A stretch of 64,000 nt of DNA from assembly GCA_950097015.1 (NCBI GenBank), contig CATNEN010000038.1, forward strand, positions 31,992,001 through 32,056,000, written 5' to 3'. Every line of letters begins with the position of its first letter. Position 1 is the stretch's first letter. The translations under genes and the position numbers were made by a program. The notes beneath the pieces were generated by a model that ran no database searches, was not told the origin of the DNA, and saw nothing but the letters and a program-made list of their open reading frames with translations. Shown piece after piece: positions 63,996-64,000 of the stretch. The DNA comes from Macrostomum hystrix (taxonomy: Eukaryota > Animalia > Platyhelminthes).

Positions 63996-64000
63996 GTTGG

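Larger units (their letters stand above)
62107..64000 (-). mobile_element. Helitron-like unit 3, cut by the window edge (predicted ~2346 bp)
   Basis: CTAG and hairpin at 62107-62136, then 18-nt array, 23-nt array and the start of the unique segment. Confidence 0.78.

Overview
Eukaryotic (metazoan) genomic DNA with GT-AG introns. The GC-rich LTR elements and dense 18-24 nt minisatellites are reminiscent of a flatworm such as Macrostomum, but that is inference only. Left to right: (1) the 5' part of a CsRN1-clade Ty3/Gypsy element on the minus strand (1-2592); (2) two convergent, inverted-duplicated prominin-family gene copies (A, + strand, ~2808-6361; B, - strand, ~12492-18438), each with four recognisable exons, minisatellite-filled introns and locally divergent extracellular loops; (3) a ~4.4 kb spacer with a Tc1 remnant, plus a hAT MITE in copy B's last intron; (4) from ~19.3 kb to the end, what looks like plain satellite but resolves into a head-to-tail array of non-autonomous Helitron-like units (minus-strand hairpin-CTAG|TC junctions at 57490/57491 and 62106/62107). 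Each unit carries an 18-nt and a 23-nt minisatellite and a tRNA-like Pol III cassette. One unit is inflated to ~38 kb and contains a Mag-like Gypsy element and three solo-LTR copies of the same insertion. Most long ORFs in the supplied track over the repeats are artefacts of tandem repetition.
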